This document shows, one piece after another, positions 41,864-55,207 of a stretch of 64,000 nucleotides of DNA. Each line of letters opens with the position of its first letter. Position 1 is the stretch's first letter. Under the pieces are notes generated by a model, which saw only the letters and a program-made list of their open reading frames with translations, was not told the DNA's origin and searched no databases. Made by a program: the position numbers and the translations under genes. Location of the stretch: assembly GCF_053078305.1 (NCBI RefSeq), contig NZ_CP166879.1; one strand, given 5' to 3'.

Positions 41864-43214
41864 AAACCGTGCTCCGCGTCATTCGGAAAATGCCATATAG
41901 TACCAGGGCGATAACCGGCACCAGACCAATGGCGATGATATTGCCGTTGAAGATTTCCAGCAGCCAGAAGCGGAACGGGTTACCGCCATCAAGGAAACTG
42001 GAAACCTGGCCGCTGGATCCTTCGGCAAATTTGAAGTTAACGTCTTTCGCCATGCCGGTAATAAACGGTGCGATTTTAGTCGCAATCCACAGGTCGGCAA
42101 TAATCACCGGGATCGCCGCCAGAACGGTGCGGAAAATATTGCCACGGCTGGCTAAAGCAATCATCGACGCCATTACCGCCAGGTTGGCAAGGTCGCCAAG
42201 CGGCAGGACTTCATTACTTGGGAGGGCAAACGCGATAAAGACCGAGATTGGCGTTAGCAGCAGGGCGGTGGAGATAATCGCCGGATTACCTACGGCAACG
42301 GCGATATCCAGTCCGATATAGAGATCGTCACGGTCAGGGTATTTGGCATTGAGATACTTTTTAATGGCTTCAGACAGCGGTAATAAACCTTCCATCAGGA
42401 TGCGTACCATGCGTGGCAGGATGAACATCACACCGCCAATGCTGATGCCAAGCAGCAACACTTTTTTGAAATCGTATCCTGCAATCACGCCGAGCAGTAT
42501 GCCCAGAATAGTGCCAACCATCATCGGTTCGCCGAAGATGCCAAACTTTTTCTGTACGGTTTCCGGGTCGATATGAATACGATTGAGGCCGGGGATATGG
42601 TCGATGATTTTGTCGACCAGCAGACCGACCGGGAAGAACACCACCGAAGAGAGCGTCGGCAATGAGATCCCTTCCAGTCCAAAGTATTTTTGTACCAGTG
42701 GCGCAGACCAGTCGGCGAGTTTAAGTACTACCACCGCAGCAATCGCCGCCGCCAGCAAACCAAAGAACAGGCTGCCGGTGCTGTAATAAACCAACGTACC
42801 AGCAAGGGCAAAATGCCAGTAGTTCCACATATCTACGTCAACGGTGCGGGTTTTATTTAACGCCAGCATCGCCACGTTAATCAGAATGGTCAGGGGAATA
42901 ACAAACGGGGCAATTGGCGAACCCCATGTAATAGCGGAAAGCGGCGGCCAGCCTAAATCTACCACCGGTAAATTAATTCCGGTGCGTTCAACCATCGCCT
43001 GGGCCGCTGGCCCGACATTGCTGGTCAGAATATCGAAAATGGCATAAATACCGACAAAACCAATGCCGACTGTTAATGACGAACGTAAGGCTTTAGCGGG
43101 TTTTACTTTAAAACAGAGAGCAAGAATAAATAACACCAACGGCAACATTACCGTCGGGCCAAATCCCAATATATATTGCACAATATTATAGAGGGTATGC
43201 GCGATATCGTTCAT
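41856..43214 (-). CDS. PTS EIIC component, galactitol family (GatC-like)
   Basis: Start trimmed to MNDIAHTLYNIV... (452 aa) preceded by AAGAGG RBS; polytopic membrane protein matching the GatC family. Confidence 0.8.
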   Translation of the reverse strand: MNDIAHTLYNIVQYILGFGPTVMLPLVLFILALCFKVKPAKALRSSLTVGIGFVGIYAIFDILTSNVGPAAQAMVERTGINLPVVDLGWPPLSAITWGSPIAPFVIPLTILINVAMLALNKTRTVDVDMWNYWHFALAGTLVYYSTGSLFFGLLAAAIAAVVVLKLADWSAPLVQKYFGLEGISLPTLSSVVFFPVGLLVDKIIDHIPGLNRIHIDPETVQKKFGIFGEPMMVGTILGILLGVIAGYDFKKVLLLGISIGGVMFILPRMVRILMEGLLPLSEAIKKYLNAKYPDRDDLYIGLDIAVAVGNPAIISTALLLTPISVFIAFALPSNEVLPLGDLANLAVMASMIALASRGNIFRTVLAAIPVIIADLWIATKIAPFITGMAKDVNFKFAEGSSGQVSSFLDGGNPFRFWLLEIFNGNIIAIGLVPVIALVLYGIFRMTRSTVYA

Positions 43215-43290
43215 AATAAACCTCTTTTTCAGGCGAGAGCGCACCTCGCGTTAGCGCCTGATGGAGTGGGTTGAAATTAATTATTATTAA

Positions 43291-43572
43291 TTACTTTTTA
43301 AGGATCGAAACAATTTGCGCCAGTACTTTCTCTTCGCCAATACCGGTAATAATAGGCAAGCCGTTAACCACCGGGACGTCGAGTTCATAAGGCACTTTAG
43401 TCGTTGAGACTACCAGTGCTACGCCGTCAGTATTTCCAGGTAAAGAGGCAACGTTGGTTTGGGAATAATTGACGTTAAGACCTTGCTCTTTGCAATATTC
43501 CATGACTTTTTCTGTTACCGCCGTGGATGTGGCAATACCCGTGGCGCAGACAAATAAAATGGTTTGACTCAT
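43291..43572 (-). CDS. PTS EIIB component, galactitol family (GatB-like)
   Basis: 93 aa; phosphorylatable Cys in ILFVCATGIATS. Confidence 0.8.
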   Translation of the reverse strand: MSQTILFVCATGIATSTAVTEKVMEYCKEQGLNVNYSQTNVASLPGNTDGVALVVSTTKVPYELDVPVVNGLPIITGIGEEKVLAQIVSILKK

Positions 43573-44042
43573 ATTTCACCTCGTTCTTTCATTTTGTTTA
43601 AGATTACTGTGTGTATTTCTGTTGTTTCCATCGTAAGCAGGGCTTGCATAAAGGGCGTATCCTGAATCATTTCCATAATCCAGCCCAGGGCATTTAATTG
43701 TTTGTTACTTTCGCTTAAGGCGAGCAAAAAAATCACCCTGACAGGTACGGGGTCAGGATCGCCGCCCATATCGGCAAACTCTACCGGTTCCGGCAGGATG
43801 CCGACGGCAATTGCATTGTGCCTGACATGTTTATGGTCCGTGTGTGGAATAGCGACGCACGGTGGTTCGGTAGGCAGCCCCGTTGGGTACGTCGCCTCAC
43901 GTTTCAGTACGTGATCGGCAAAGTCAGGGACCACCAGCTCGGCGGCAACCAACGGTTGCGCTAACTGACGGATGATCTGTTCAACGCTTAACCCTGCCGG
44001 AAGTCGTTGAATATAATTTTCCTGAAACTGTATGCCTTGCAT
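43569..44042 (-). CDS. PTS EIIA component (GatA/fructose-type EIIA fold)
   Basis: 157 aa; VAIPHTDHKHV His motif. Confidence 0.75.
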   Translation of the reverse strand: MQGIQFQENYIQRLPAGLSVEQIIRQLAQPLVAAELVVPDFADHVLKREATYPTGLPTEPPCVAIPHTDHKHVRHNAIAVGILPEPVEFADMGGDPDPVPVRVIFLLALSESNKQLNALGWIMEMIQDTPFMQALLTMETTEIHTVILNKMKERGEI

Positions 44043-44066
44043 TTTATTCCTCTTAAAAAAGTGTAC

Positions 44067-44813
44067 TTAACTCACTTCCCGCCGTTGCAGCACGGTGCCA
44101 AGATAATATTTATTTCCTTTTAACCAGACGTTGCCAAACTCAACGGGTAATCCTCGGGAGAAAAAGACTAACTGCTCCAGATGCAAAACGGGTGCATCTT
44201 CACTGATATCTAAAAAATGACCGCGTTCATTACCAATTAATCGCGCGGCATAGCGACTTTCCGAGTAACGAATTTTTCTTTGCGACAAACTTTCTATTGT
44301 TGGAAATAAATTGTGTTGATTAAAATCGATTTCCGCGATGCCGGGGCATAGCTCAATATTGATACGGTTCTCTATCAGCATCGCTTTTTCATCACCAATC
44401 GAACGTAAACGTTCAAGGTAAAGAATATCCTGACCGGGCGTTATTCTTAATTTCTCTGCTACATAACGATTAGCCGGTTCAATCCGTGACGTAATAACTT
44501 CAGTGGTAAAATGTATTTTCTGGCTTTCCAGCGATTCCGCGAATGACAATAATCCTTCACCTAACGGATAGGCCACGTTCTCTTTTTTGACAAATGTTCC
44601 CTTGCCCTGGACCTGAATCAACACGCCTTCTTTTACCAGTTGGGCGACCGCTTTTTTAACGGTTCCCCGACTGACTTCCAGCATATCCATAATCTGGTAT
44701 TCCGAAGGGATGCGATCGTCTTCCACCAGATCTCCGGTATAAATACTTTCTCTTATCCACTCCACCACTTGTTGATAGAGCGGTATTTGTGACGACTTAC
44801 TTAATGATTTCAT
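44067..44813 (-). CDS. GntR/HutC-family transcriptional regulator (UTRA effector domain)
   Basis: Start trimmed to the ATG at 44813 (MKSLSKSS...); N-terminal winged HTH, C-terminal UTRA-like domain. Confidence 0.8.
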   Translation of the reverse strand: MKSLSKSSQIPLYQQVVEWIRESIYTGDLVEDDRIPSEYQIMDMLEVSRGTVKKAVAQLVKEGVLIQVQGKGTFVKKENVAYPLGEGLLSFAESLESQKIHFTTEVITSRIEPANRYVAEKLRITPGQDILYLERLRSIGDEKAMLIENRINIELCPGIAEIDFNQHNLFPTIESLSQRKIRYSESRYAARLIGNERGHFLDISEDAPVLHLEQLVFFSRGLPVEFGNVWLKGNKYYLGTVLQRREVS

Positions 44814-44836
44814 GGCGCGCACCTGAACATTTACAG

Positions 44837-44861
44837 TTGTCTATGGACAATCATGGACAAC
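44837..44861. promoter_or_regulatory. Candidate GntR-type operator
   Basis: gTTGTCtatgGACAAtcatgGACAAc: inverted repeat TTGTC-N4-GACAA plus a direct repeat of ATGGACAA, 24-48 bp upstream of the regulator start. Confidence 0.3.
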
Positions 44862-45011
44862 TTCAAGCGTATAGTAGGTGAACAGGCGAAAAAGAGGATC
44901 GAAGCGTCTCACATTTTGAGGGACCAAATCGTGATCAAAAAAATGTGATGGAAGTCGAAGTTTGGCAGGAATTTACTGCGCCGTGAGGAAATAACGGCGC
45001 GTTGGGAGGTG

Positions 45012-47815
<2,804 letters not shown>

Positions 47816-47819
<4 letters not shown>

Positions 47820-48760
47820 GCGTGCGCTCCTTCATGACGACGAATGCGCGGGTCCAGCGCGGCGTTGAGCAAATCGACAATCAAATTACAGACCACAAAA
47901 ACCACCACCATCATCAGCGTAAAGCACTGGATCACCGGATAGTCACGGTTAAAAATCGCCGACACCGCATAGCGCCCGACGCCAGGCCAGGCAAAGATGT
48001 TTTCGATAATCATCGTCCCGCCAATCAGTTCGCCAATGTGCATCCCCACGGCGGTGATCATCGGCAGCGAGGCATTGCGCAGGATGTGGCGACGTTCGGT
48101 CTGTTTGTCGTTCAGGCCGCGCAGACGCGCCCAGGTGACGTGACGCTGACCGGCGACGTCCAGCATACTGGCGCGCAGCAGCCGTGCGTTAATCGCCAGC
48201 GACATAAAGGCAATGGAAACCGCAGGCAAAATGATGTGCTGCCAGCCGCCGTAGCCCATCGCGGGTAGCCATTGCAGATACACCGAAAACGCCATCACCA
48301 GTAAAAATGCCAGCCAGAAGTTAGGCATCGACACGCCAAGAAACGCGATGAAACGTACGGCGAAATCCGGCAGACGGTCACGATGGCGCGCCGCCCAGAT
48401 ACCGAGCGGTACGGAAGTGAGCAGAATTAATACCAGCGCCGCACCTGCAAGTTCCAGCGTGGCGGGCAGGAAGTTCAGCATATCGTCCAGCACCGGGCGT
48501 TGGCTGGCGAATGAGATACCAAAGTCAAGATGCAGCGCCTTCCACAACCAGGTACCGTACTGGACGTACAGCGGCTGATCCAGTCCGAGCATGGTGCGGG
48601 TAGAGGCCAGCATCTCCGGCGTCGGCGGCAGGTTAGATAAACGCAGATAATCGAGCGCCGGGTCGCCGGTACCGAGGCGCAGCATCAGAAAAATGATCAC
48701 CGAGGCGGCGAGCACCATCGGGATCAGCAGCAGAAAGCGGCGTAATACGTAACGCAACAT
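47816..48760 (-). CDS. nikB: Nickel ABC transporter permease NikB
   Basis: 314 aa membrane protein in operon position. Confidence 0.9.
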
Positions 48761-50334
48761 TAAGGTTTCACCGGTTTAATCTGTTCGAACGGAATTTCGG
48801 TGGCGATCGGCGCGTAGGGGATGTTACCCAGCTCCGGTTTTGATACCACCATCATTGAGATGTAACTGATAGGCAGATAAACCGCCTCGTCATGCAGACG
48901 GGTCAGAATGTCGCGATACAGCGCCTGACGTTGCGTTTCGTCATGGGTCGCCAGCACTTCGCCGATCTCTTTATCAATCAGCGGTTTGTCGGCTAATCCT
49001 TGCTGTGCCTGGAAGTCAGCGTGTGACGGTACGCGCATTGAACTGAGGAAGGCGTGTGGATCGTATGGCGCGCCCCAGGTGCGGTGGAAAATCATGCCAA
49101 AACGACCGTCGCGCTGACGAGCATAGATACTGCTCTCTTCTTCGCCAATCAGCGAGACATCTGCGCCAATCTGGCGCATATCAGCCTGAATGATTTCCGC
49201 CATCGATTTGCTTAACGCATCGGTGCCGATGAACGACAGTTCAATGCGCAGCGGCTGACCATTTTTCTCGCGGATGTCTTTGCCCGCCGGCAGCGTCCAA
49301 CCGGCTTTTTCCAGCAACGCTTTCGCTTTCTGCGGATCGTACTGGCGCGGTTTCAGGCCGAGGTTGGCGTAGGGCACAGAAGGGGCAAACAGGGTGTCGG
49401 CGACCTGCTGGGTGCCATACAACGCGTTATCAATCAGCGATTTTTTGTTTACCGCGTAATTAAGAGCTTCACGTACTGCCAGCTCATTGGTGGGGGCTTT
49501 GGCGGTATTAAGCGCCAGCATCACGGTTTCGATCGGCTGTGACAGTTGGGTATGGTAAGCCGGGTTCTGGCTAAAGCGGGCGAAGGTATCGAGCGGTAAT
49601 AACCCTTCGTTTCCGTACAGCAGGTCGATATCGCCAGTTTCAAACGCTACCGCGCGGGTCGTCGGGTCCGGGATGACGTTAAAAGTGATCTTCTTAATCG
49701 CCGGCTTTTCGCCCCAGTAGTTTTCGTTACGGACGAAGACATCGTACTGATTCAGTTTCGATTCCTGCAAAACCCACGGCCCGGTGCCAATCGGCGCTTT
49801 AATCCCGTTCATGGTTTCATGGTTTTTAAACTGCGAGGGGGCGATAAAGCGGAAAGGGCGCGGCAGGGCCAGTTCTTGCAGGAAAGGATAGTAGGCGCTT
49901 TTCAGGGTGATTTGCAGCTCTGTTTTACTGAGTGCTTTGACATCAACAATCTGGTTTGCCAGCTCCAGCCAGGCGTGACGTTGACGGTTATCGAGCACTG
50001 CGCGGAAGTTTTCTGCCGCTGCCTCTGCATCAAACGGTTCGCCGTTGGAGAATTTCACGTCATCACGCAGGGTGAAGGTCCAGGTTTTACCATCTTCTGA
50101 ATGAGTCCAGCTTTTTGCCAGCCACGGGATCACCGAACCGTCTGCCTGATATTTCACCAATGGTTCATAAACCATGCTCTGGGCGAACATCTGGTTAGGC
50201 GTGTAAAGGTGCGGGTTTAGTGGCCCGACATTCACCGGCCAGGCGGTGGTGATTTCATCTGGTGCAGCGGCATGGACGATAAAAGACGCACAAGCCAGCA
50301 GCGCAAATAGAGTGCGGCGGAGTGTGGAGAGCAT
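48760..50334 (-). CDS. nikA: Periplasmic nickel-binding protein NikA
   Basis: 524 aa with signal peptide; family 5 solute-binding protein; first gene of nik operon. Confidence 0.9.
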
Positions 50335-50371
50335 GGTAACCCCAATGGATTAAAATAGATGGCGGAAATAA

Positions 50372-50399
50372 GTATGACGATTTTAAGTATTCGTCATAC
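50372..50399. promoter_or_regulatory. NikR operator (GTATGA-N16-TCATAC) in the nikA promoter
   Basis: Exact dyad GTATGAcgattttaagtattcgTCATAC 38-65 bp upstream of the nikA start codon; matches the established NikR operator consensus. Confidence 0.7.
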
Positions 50400-50444
50400 T
50401 GATTACCTGTTCTGGATCAATAGATGGGCAGTCGGGTGGGCGGA

Positions 50445-51032
50445 TCAGTTAACTGAATCGATCCATTGCACACTGTCGGCGGTGAGCGTAAAGGGGGTGG
50501 GGGTGCAGATCGCAAGGCTTAAATTTTCTAGCTGACAATGGCTGACTGACAGCGAGGAGTGATAGGTGCTATCTACGCTGACGATTTGCCAGGCGCTGCC
50601 GCCACGCTGTTTAACGATGGCTTCTTTGCGCGTCCAGATGCGCCAGAACATTTCCAGTTGCTGATCAGGATGCACGGCGTCCATCTCAGCGTGTTCCCCG
50701 AGGCTGAATACGGCGTTCGCCAGCCAGCGCCAGTTGGCGCGCGGGCGAATCACTTCGATATCGCAGCCGACTTCGCCTTCATCACTCAACAGCAGAGCGA
50801 TATCGTCACCGCTATGGCTTAAGTTGAACCATAGCGGCGTTTCCGGCGCGAATGCAGGTTTGCCTTGTTCGCCATAGATGATCTCCGGTAGCGGGGAAAG
50901 CGTGTGCGAAAGCAATGCACGCCCCGCCAGCCAGCGTTCGCGTCGTGGACCTTGCGGTGCTTGCTCGCGTAAACCCGGTGGCAGTGGAGCTGCGCTTAAG
51001 GTCGAAACTTTCCCCAGAACTATCCGATACAT
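50445..51032 (-). CDS. acpT: 4'-phosphopantetheinyl transferase AcpT
   Basis: Start trimmed to MYRIVLGKV... (195 aa); PPTase motifs (FNLSHSGD, WTRKEA..K). Confidence 0.85.
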   Translation of the reverse strand: MYRIVLGKVSTLSAAPLPPGLREQAPQGPRRERWLAGRALLSHTLSPLPEIIYGEQGKPAFAPETPLWFNLSHSGDDIALLLSDEGEVGCDIEVIRPRANWRWLANAVFSLGEHAEMDAVHPDQQLEMFWRIWTRKEAIVKQRGGSAWQIVSVDSTYHSSLSVSHCQLENLSLAICTPTPFTLTADSVQWIDSVN

Positions 51033-51033
51033 A

Positions 51034-52263
51034 TCAGGGCCAACGTTTAATGATGATGGATGTATTAATGCCGCCAAAGGCAAAGTTGTTACTCTGCAAA
51101 AACTCACAATCAACCTTGCGGGCTTCATGCATGATGTAATCCAGCGCGCCACAGTTCGGGTCTGGTTTATTCAGGTTTAGCGTAGGCGCAAACCAACCTT
51201 CGCGCATCATTTGCAGACTCATCCAGGCTTCGAGCGCGCCACAGGCACCAAGCGTATGACCAAAATAACTTTTCAGCGAGGAGAGCGGCACATTATCACC
51301 GTAAATGGTTGCTGTCGCCAGACTTTCTGCCATATCACCGCGATCGGTCGCCGTACCATGCGCTGAAATATAGCCGATATCTTGTGCGCTTAACCCGGCG
51401 ATTTTCAGCGATTGCTCCATACAATACTGCATGGTTTCGCGCTGCGGCTGGGTAATATGTGCCGCGTCGCAGTTCGTCGCAAAGCCGACGATTTCACCGT
51501 AAATGGTCGCGCCGCGCGCTTTGGCGTGCTCCAGTTCTTCGAGAATGAGCGTACCTGCGCCTTCACCAATCACCAGCCCGTCGCGGTTTTCATCGAACGG
51601 TGAAGGTGTGGTTTTCGGCGCATCATTGTGCTGGCTGGTGGCGAAAAGCGTATCAAATACCGCTGCTTCTGAAGGACATAACTCTTCGGCACCACCAGCA
51701 ACCATCACCGTTTGATAACCGTGGCGAATGGCTTCCCACGCATAACCGATTGCCTGGCTGCCGGAAGTACAGGCGCTGGAGGTTGGGATCACCCGCCCGC
51801 GCAGGCCGAAAAAGAGGCCAGTATTAACGGCGGTGGTGTGCGGCATCATCTGCACATAGGTGGTGCCAGTGATGTTATTGGTGTGCTTTTCCGTCAGCAT
51901 GGTGGCGAACTCGCTTACCGGGCCGGTACTGCCGGTCGATGAACCGTACGCAATGCCCGTTTCGCCGCTGGTTAATATCGGATCGCCAATCAACCCTGCC
52001 TGCTCTAACGCCAGCTCGCTGGCACGGGTCGACATTTGCGACACGCGGCCCATCGCACGGATACGCTTGCGGGTGTAGTGCTCCGGTAGCGTGAAATCAT
52101 CAACAGGCGCGCCAAGCAGGGTGTGCAGCCCGTCGTAGACCTGCCACTCCGGCATTTTGCGCACCGCATTTTCATACGCCAGTAAGCGTGCAGAAACGTC
52201 CTGCCAGTTTTCACCAAAGGCAGTCACGCCACCCATTCCTGTAATCACTACGCGACGTGTCAT
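51034..52263 (-). CDS. Beta-ketoacyl-ACP synthase (KAS I/II-like; ApeR-position)
   Basis: 409 aa; active-site Cys in PTSSACTSGS, His motifs HGTAT and GHTLGA. Confidence 0.8.
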   Translation of the reverse strand: MTRRVVITGMGGVTAFGENWQDVSARLLAYENAVRKMPEWQVYDGLHTLLGAPVDDFTLPEHYTRKRIRAMGRVSQMSTRASELALEQAGLIGDPILTSGETGIAYGSSTGSTGPVSEFATMLTEKHTNNITGTTYVQMMPHTTAVNTGLFFGLRGRVIPTSSACTSGSQAIGYAWEAIRHGYQTVMVAGGAEELCPSEAAVFDTLFATSQHNDAPKTTPSPFDENRDGLVIGEGAGTLILEELEHAKARGATIYGEIVGFATNCDAAHITQPQRETMQYCMEQSLKIAGLSAQDIGYISAHGTATDRGDMAESLATATIYGDNVPLSSLKSYFGHTLGACGALEAWMSLQMMREGWFAPTLNLNKPDPNCGALDYIMHEARKVDCEFLQSNNFAFGGINTSIIIKRWP

Positions 52264-52991
52264 AACATCCCTCCGTTGATGGAAATAACCTGGCGGGTGA
52301 CGTAACCCGCAATATCAGACATTAAATAACTGGCAAGCCCGGCAACTTCTTCCGCCTGGCCCATACGTTTCATGGGGATCATCGACATTGCCTCTTTCAG
52401 AGCGCTCTCTTCCATTTCGATCATCCCGGTATCAATAAGCCCTGGCGCGATGCAATTGACGGTGATTTTGCGCTTTGCGAGTTCGATAGCCAGCGCTTTT
52501 GTTGCGCCGATAATTCCGGCTTTGGCAGCGCTGTAATTCACCTGGCCGCGATTGCCCATTACGCCGGAAACCGAGGACAGCGTGATGATGCGCCCACCCT
52601 GGCGCGCGCCGATCATTGGCATAATGCACGGCTGAATGACGTTGTAGAAACTGTCGAGATTGGTGTGGATCACCGCATCCCAGTCGTCATCGCTTAAAGC
52701 CGGAAAAGCGGCATCGCGGGCGATCCCGGCGTTACTGACCACGCCGTACCAGGCACCGTGTTGCGCGATCTCATGCTCCAGCACTTCCCGACACTGTTCG
52801 CGGTTTGCGACGTCGAAACTGAGCAAACGCCCGTTACCCCCGTTGGCGACAATGGCATTCAGCGTTTCCTGAGCGCCTGTGGCGTCACGGTGATAGTGAA
52901 CGCCAATGTTAAAGCCGTCTGCCGCCAGTTGGCAGGCGATGGCGCGACCAATGCCTTTGCTGGCACCAGTAACCAGAACTGAACGACTCAT
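52260..52991 (-). CDS. 3-oxoacyl-ACP reductase (FabG-like SDR; ApeQ-position)
   Basis: 243 aa; TGASKGIG cofactor motif, YSAAK catalytic motif. Confidence 0.8.
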   Translation of the reverse strand: MSRSVLVTGASKGIGRAIACQLAADGFNIGVHYHRDATGAQETLNAIVANGGNGRLLSFDVANREQCREVLEHEIAQHGAWYGVVSNAGIARDAAFPALSDDDWDAVIHTNLDSFYNVIQPCIMPMIGARQGGRIITLSSVSGVMGNRGQVNYSAAKAGIIGATKALAIELAKRKITVNCIAPGLIDTGMIEMEESALKEAMSMIPMKRMGQAEEVAGLASYLMSDIAGYVTRQVISINGGML

Positions 52992-53455
52992 CAGGACGCT
53001 CCTTGTTGAAACAGGGTGGTAAGTTCTTCCGCGGTCGGCTGGAAGGTGTTAATGCGGCCCGTCGCCTCGCCGTCGTTGATGCTGCACTCAAAACTGCCGA
53101 AGCGATCGTCCTGCATCAGCAGTTTGACGGTAATGGTCAGCGTCTGGCCTGCGGGCAGAATGCCAGCGGCGCAAAGCAATTCACGCGCGCCCAGTATCAT
53201 CCCTAACTCAATACTGTTTTTGCCCTGCTGGTGGCGATGCCAGCCAGACCAGACGCCGACGGTTTGCGCCATCAGTTCAAGGGCAAACCAGCCAGGGAGA
53301 TTGCCGTCCGGGTCGAGAAACGGTGCCAGTACGCCACTGGGCGAAACCGTCACGCGGCACACCGCGCTGTCATCGCTGACGCTCACCACGTCTTCCAGCA
53401 GTAACATGGGCGCGTCGTGGGGCAGATAAGCGCCGGGGGATAAATAGTGGCTCAC
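52991..53455 (-). CDS. Hotdog-fold 3-hydroxyacyl-ACP dehydratase (ApeP-position)
   Basis: 154 aa; cluster context between reductase and synthase genes. Confidence 0.55.
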   Translation of the reverse strand: MSHYLSPGAYLPHDAPMLLLEDVVSVSDDSAVCRVTVSPSGVLAPFLDPDGNLPGWFALELMAQTVGVWSGWHRHQQGKNSIELGMILGARELLCAAGILPAGQTLTITVKLLMQDDRFGSFECSINDGEATGRINTFQPTAEELTTLFQQGAS

Positions 53456-54630
53456 GAAACCCTCCCGAGCAGAATGCTGGCGTTATTGCCGCCAAAGGCG
53501 AAGGAATTGGACAGGATCACCGGACGTGCCAGCGGCTGCGGTTTTTCGATAATGCCACACGGTGGCAGCGTGGGATCGCGCGGCGACAGGCTGAAGTCCT
53601 GAGCGGGCAGCGGTAAATCACGCTGTAAAATCAACATACTAATTGCCGCCTCGGTAATGCCCGCTGCGCCCAGCGTGTGTCCGGTCAAATGTTTGGTGGA
53701 GCTGCACGGTACGCGTTCGCCAAACAGGGCGTTAACCACCATTGATTCAATCTGGTCGTTGAGCTGTGTGGCGGTGCCGTGCAGGTTGATATAGCCGACG
53801 TCATCCGGCGTAAGCTGCGCATCGGTCAGCGCCTGATTAATAGCGCGGATCGCTCCTTCGCCCTGCGGATGCGGGGCTGAAATATGGTAAGCGTCGCTCG
53901 ATTCACCAACGCCCAGCAACGCGATGGGCTGCGGTTCCCGGGTCAGCAGCATTAGCCCCGCCCCTTCACCAATGGTGATACCTGCGCGGTCACGACCAAA
54001 CGGCTGACATAAGGTTGGCGACAGCGATTCGAGGCTGTGAAAACCGTTAATCGGCATCCGGCTCAGGGTGTCTGCACCACCCACAATGGCGGCATCGACC
54101 AGCCCCGCTTCGATAAGCCTGCGCCCGCTGATTATCGCTCTGGCGCTGGAAGAGCAGGCGGTTGAAAGGGTATAGGCCGGGCCGTCGAGCGCCAGCCAGT
54201 GGCTGAGAAAACGCGACGGATCGCCGAGTTCCTGTTGCGCGTAGTGCCATGTGGTGCTCGGCTGCCCGTGGGTGCGTAGGTTAACGTGCGTGTCGCCTTC
54301 ATGCAGGCCGGAGGTGCTGGTGCCAAGTACAATCGCGATGCGCTCGCGACCATATTTCGCTATAGCGTCATCAACCTGCGGCTGGAGCTGCGCCAGCGCC
54401 GCCAGCAGGATCTGATTGTTGCGCGAGCGATGCGCAGCGAATTTTTCCGGGATAAGCGGAAGCTCGCCATCCACGCCAGCCAGGACCGCCTGCGGATGCC
54501 CCTGCAACCAGCCTGCGCGTGGGCGCATTCCGGGGGCGACACCGCGAGCTAGGTTGGCTGCGATTTCGTCAAGGTTATTTCCCAGGGCGTTGATCATGCC
54601 GACGGCGGAAATATAAATCATATCAGTCAC
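53452..54630 (-). CDS. Beta-ketoacyl-ACP synthase (ApeO-position)
   Basis: 392 aa; active-site Cys in STACSSSA, HGTAT and GHTLGAAG motifs. Confidence 0.75.
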   Translation of the reverse strand: MTDMIYISAVGMINALGNNLDEIAANLARGVAPGMRPRAGWLQGHPQAVLAGVDGELPLIPEKFAAHRSRNNQILLAALAQLQPQVDDAIAKYGRERIAIVLGTSTSGLHEGDTHVNLRTHGQPSTTWHYAQQELGDPSRFLSHWLALDGPAYTLSTACSSSARAIISGRRLIEAGLVDAAIVGGADTLSRMPINGFHSLESLSPTLCQPFGRDRAGITIGEGAGLMLLTREPQPIALLGVGESSDAYHISAPHPQGEGAIRAINQALTDAQLTPDDVGYINLHGTATQLNDQIESMVVNALFGERVPCSSTKHLTGHTLGAAGITEAAISMLILQRDLPLPAQDFSLSPRDPTLPPCGIIEKPQPLARPVILSNSFAFGGNNASILLGRVS

Positions 54631-55207
54631 CTAAGTATTGAATGGTGATGTGGTATTTAAAGACATGCTGCTCAATGCTGATTGGCACGCGTTTTCCCTG
54701 GCGATTCAGATAGGTGATTTCCGTGACCAGTTTGCCGCTGGCGTTACGCAGTTCGCGTTTGTCACCGTTGTCGCGAAGTGTCCAGCCAGCGGGAAGTTGC
54801 GGTTGCCAGGCGCTAATCGGCCAGTGGCTGAGCATTACGTCAGCCAGAACCTGACTTGCGGGCGGCAACTGTGGGACGACGATGGATTGCTCGGCGCGTA
54901 GCCCTTTTGCATCGTAGGTCACCAGAAACAGGCGAATGCCGACCGACGACAGCCCGGCAAGGGTGATTTTCTGGTCGTCGGCGTTAAGCATCACTAACAG
55001 CGACTGGGTTTTGCCGTTGAAGCTGCCGGTCAACAGTTGCTGGGAATTGACGGCGGGTGAAATCCCTGGTGCCGGCAGCGTGATGCGCGTGCCAGGTTGC
55101 AGCCACGCCTGCGGGCGGCCTTCCTGTTCCGGTTGCGAGTGGCTACAGCCGGTGAGGATAAGCGTAGCGGTCAGGGCGAGCGCTCGCCAGAAGGTAGGTT
55201 TGATCAT
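54623..55207 (-). CDS. Lipoprotein (LolA/DUF3261-like; ApeN-position)
   Basis: 194 aa; signal peptide with lipobox LTGCS. Confidence 0.5.
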   Translation of the reverse strand: MIKPTFWRALALTATLILTGCSHSQPEQEGRPQAWLQPGTRITLPAPGISPAVNSQQLLTGSFNGKTQSLLVMLNADDQKITLAGLSSVGIRLFLVTYDAKGLRAEQSIVVPQLPPASQVLADVMLSHWPISAWQPQLPAGWTLRDNGDKRELRNASGKLVTEITYLNRQGKRVPISIEQHVFKYHITIQYLGD

